Of a stretch of DNA of 64,000 bases, positions 60,625 to 64,000 are shown piece by piece; position 1 is the stretch's first letter, and each line of letters opens with the position of its first letter. A program made the translations under genes and the position numbers. Source of the DNA: Klebsormidium nitens (lineage: Eukaryota > Plantae > Klebsormidiophyceae); contig DF237105.1 of the NCBI GenBank assembly GCA_000708835.1, positions 99,546-163,545 on the forward strand, given 5' to 3'. The notes beneath the pieces are model-generated. The model saw nothing but the letters and a program-made list of their open reading frames with translations. It searched no databases and was not told the origin of the DNA.

Positions 60625-62175
60625 GGCCGCGCATGCGGCGCAAGGTTGCTAAGACCGTCAACAAAGTAAGCGTAGTTTAGTAACAATTATTCCATTAATC
60701 TGACTCAAGAGCGCTTGATTGGATCAGACAGAATTGTACATTACGACTAACATATGTTATTGAAGTTTGAGTTGTCAGTTCCAATACCGACACTTGTTTC
60801 GGGGCTTCTCGACATTGTCGCATTTAACAATTTTCTTTGTCTGTCACTCTTCGAGCTAGTGCAACCAGTTGCATGGCAAAGGCGCGCCAGGTAGGCACGC
60901 TATGGAGAAGCTCTTTAGAGCCAGCACATCATATATGCACACGATCAATTGCGGCGCTCGATCAAGTTGCACATGCATGAAGCATGGTGCAACTTCAAGC
61001 ATGCGATGCAGCCGGCCCGGCCACATATGAGCCCCCATTAACTTGTGGAACGGAACCACTGCGGGGCCCGGGCCGGGGAGCTGAGGTTATCCATTGAATG
61101 TCGACGTGACAGCCCGGCCTTTTGCACTACCGTATATCATGCATATGCTCGAATATGCAATGAGCTCAATGGCACACATATATACTTAAAACGGCAGGTT
61201 CCATCGTGACCGACCATGTCTTATATATCTCGATATGCTTGTGCGCGGCAGGCTTTCAATTGATAACGCTCAATCTCATGCAAAGTTTTCAACTCGGAGG
61301 CGAGTCGAAGTTCGTCTGCATCGCGCGTGCATTATGTCTTGTTACTCATGAGCGCACGAAGCGTTTCTATTATTAATGGAAACGCATATGGCCTCGAACC
61401 GTTGCAGTCAAATGTGATTAGTACAGTAACAGTTACAGAAATTACAATTTCGCTTACCGCTGCACGTGATTGAGTCAAATGTGATCATGAACAGAAGTCA
61501 GACGATCATTACCGTTGAATGACAAAGCCCTCGTCGACTAAGCAGCGCCGCGGCGCAATCTTTCGTTCTTTGACTGCAGCAATCAGTGCAATGGACAATC
61601 GGATCATTGTACGTTGGCGGCATGCCAGGACAACTGGCCGGACATATTGTTGAGTGGCTCATGTTGAGTGCGCAGTATAAAAGCTAGACGATGTTGTATT
61701 TTGGCAAATCTTCTATATGGTTGTATAATGAGGGAACAATTGAAGCCCGGCCCGCATGCCAGGACCATCGTCACATCATCGATGTAGGCTAATGACTTGA
61801 GTCCCCACGATCGCTGGTTGCCGCATCCGATCAGGCTCGATTTGTCATGAGGAGGCCTGGCAGATCATAGTGCCCATAGTCCGAGTCGACATGCAGCATT
61901 GCTTACGATCGTTAAGTTGTTCGCCAGTGCATAAAGTCCAAGTCGATCAGCCGGGCACTTGCGTTCATCTGCGCGGGCGCTGCCGGCACTCCTCATTGCA
62001 TACGATTACGACCATTTGATCGAAGGGCACATGCAACTGATCCCGTCTATACCACATCGCAGCTTTGATGTGCGGGCGGCGAGCCGCTGTGCAAGATTCC
62101 GGTGGGCTGTCAATCGACCGACGCCTGCAGTACATGTTCAATGTAAAACTTTTCAATAGATCTACCTCTTGTCTT

Positions 62176-63117
62176 TCAATCCTTACATTGATATATTTGC
62201 CACAATGTTTCAAAGGCTTGGAGCACCTGATCACAAGTCGGTCTATTCGAAGGGACTTTTTCAGAGAGCGAAGCTATTAGAAGAAGCACCTTACTCCAGT
62301 CCGTTGATTCCGACAACTCTTTTCTGACTGAAGCCCGATCGAGCCCTAGTAGATCCTCCAACAGGAGACCTACGGCATACATGTCGCTTGCTTTTGAAAA
62401 GCAGCTCCCTAAGATCAGCTCTCGAGCAACGTACCTATACCTTTTAGCGTACTGCTCTTCCTCTTTGACGGACTTGAAGCTCCGATGACTCTTACAGTCA
62501 ACAAGCCTACTCGCCAAACCAAAGTCGTGCACAGCCAGCTTCATAGTCAATTCACGTTCGTTGAAGTGGACGAGAATATTGTTGGGAGTCAGGTCGTTAT
62601 GTACAATACCTTTACTATGAACGTGCTGGATTGCCCTTAAGAGATCCAAGCACGCCCCCACAAGAACCTTGGCCTTCCGCATAATCTTAGCGAGGGGCTT
62701 CTCCAAGCTGCGGTCATCCCGTTTTTGAAGGACAGAACCTAAAGATCCCTGATTGAAGTAAGGGAAGAAAGCCAGTGGTAAACCAGAGCCGCCGATGCAC
62801 ACAGCGAAGGGCTTCACGACGTTGTCGTGCGAGAAGGCCGATGCTAGAATGACCTCGTACGAAAGGTTTTGGACTGTGTACACAGTACTGTGATGATAAG
62901 TCAGGCCTCTGCCGCGATACTCTTTTACAGCAACCCTGGTCCCAACACGATCAGGAAAGACACTAGCCCAAGAAGACCCCCCTTCAATCAACACTTCGTA
63001 CACTGTTCCATACGACCCACTTCCCACAGCGTCAGCCGCGTCTGGCATTTGCAGCATCTCTCGCTCCTCTACCGTCAGCATCCGCAGAGACTGCAGCACA
63101 ACAACATGGTCAACCAA
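62176..63117 (-). CDS. Protein kinase domain (atypical HND catalytic loop), probably the last exon of a larger gene
   Basis: GSGSYGTV, VAVKEY, HNDLTPNNILV, HDFGLA, YVARE, SDMYAVG. The ORF lacks a clear ATG start and CAG acceptors lie near 63090-63135. Confidence 0.9.
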   Translation of the reverse strand: MVDHVVVLQSLRMLTVEEREMLQMPDAADAVGSGSYGTVYEVLIEGGSSWASVFPDRVGTRVAVKEYRGRGLTYHHSTVYTVQNLSYEVILASAFSHDNVVKPFAVCIGGSGLPLAFFPYFNQGSLGSVLQKRDDRSLEKPLAKIMRKAKVLVGACLDLLRAIQHVHSKGIVHNDLTPNNILVHFNERELTMKLAVHDFGLASRLVDCKSHRSFKSVKEEEQYAKRYRYVARELILGSCFSKASDMYAVGLLLEDLLGLDRASVRKELSESTDWSKVLLLIASLSEKVPSNRPTCDQVLQAFETLWQIYQCKD

Positions 63118-63574
63118 GAGTATATGAGCGACACTTCTGCAATCTCAACTGAGAAATCTTTGACTGAGCAGAACCGCAACGTGCTCATTGTGCGCTCGTA
63201 CTGGATTCTCAGTGGACAACTTTTAGATGCCCAAGTGGAAGCAGTGAGCTTTTACATCCAAGATGTGCCACTGATCACAGCCAGAAGGGCCTCGGTGCAT
63301 GACGTGGCAAACTTGGGTGATTGCTAAAGCAACCGACCACCAGATGCCGGACTGATCCTTGAAACTAGAAAGGTAGAAAATGTGGACAGAACTTGCTTGT
63401 AAACATATCCAGACGCGAATTTTCTGAACAGTAAAACCACACCAAACAAGCTGCCCAATAAATTGATGTGAACTCTGCGCAGCCAGGCGAGCCTGATGCA
63501 GCATCCTGCTTTGTACGTCTGCGCTTTCCGGACAAAAAACTCTTCAAACAGGTGTGACTTCATACAACACATAC

Positions 63575-63953
63575 CTTGTCCCCTATGGGTGACTCATACT
63601 CCAGCGATCCTGCGGCGCCATTGACCCCTCCCTCGATGCCCGAGGCAGCTTGACAGCTCGAAGTGCTGGCAACTGCGCTATTAGGGCCTCCACTGCCGCT
63701 CTTCACCACCTTCCCCACGTTCTCCTCTTTTGGTGCCCCCACCATATGCTTCTCTCCCCTACGTGCGCCAGCACTCCCGTGCTCTCCTAAACTGCCGGCA
63801 TCCGGCCTCGCGAACGCCGCTTCTGCCTGCCCTGACTCTAGTGTCTCCGGGCCTGACCTTTGTATGGCAGCGTCAAGGCCAGCGCTCTCATCCTCTCTTT
63901 GCCCCTCCTCGGCAGCCCCACCTGCGTTTTGCTCCAGCCCTGGGCGGCAGTCC
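63575..63953 (-). CDS. Internal low-complexity exon of a gene entering from beyond the window, possibly upstream part of the kinase gene
   Basis: CTCTGCAG acceptor, 379-nt open frame (DCRPGLEQNAGG...YESPIGDK) and GTATGT donor. Confidence 0.55.
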
Positions 63954-64000
63954 CTGCAGAGAACAAAGACATGTCTTCTATCGGCAGCAAGAACACTGCG

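Noticed and set aside
53987-60862. CACTAG (53987) and CTAGTG (60857) as CACTA-type termini of the Plavaka element
   Set aside because: Only 6 bp match, the inverted repeat does not extend, and the flanks (aaa / caa) give no TSD.

Overview
Eukaryotic, GC-rich, intron-rich genomic window with canonical GT-AG splicing and two N gaps. It looks like a streptophyte alga or early land plant; a Klebsormidium-like source is my inference only. Contents in order: (1) a small spliced gene fragment; (2) a degenerate DIRS-order tyrosine-recombinase retrotransposon (~1.4-6.5 kb) whose intact-looking YR gene is on the opposite strand and convergent with a frameshifted RT-RNaseH-methyltransferase pol; (3) an EID1-like F-box pseudogene and a 138-bp TIR element; (4) a TBL/PC-esterase (GDS...DxxH) gene; (5) an intronless membrane-protein gene broken by a 2-nt slip; (6) a ~17.5-kb HASTY/exportin-5 gene (- strand) head-to-head with a ~2,600-aa coiled-coil gene (+ strand); (7) an apparently intact 9-exon, 970-aa Plavaka-type transposase; (8) an atypical HND-type protein kinase. 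The most striking unexplained structure is a recurring pattern in the introns of both large host genes. Arrays of ~125-190-bp degenerate tandem copies reproduce the neighbouring exon edge together with its splice site ('exon echoes'). All gene models were built by hand from splice signals, frame phase and recalled family motifs; no database searches were run.
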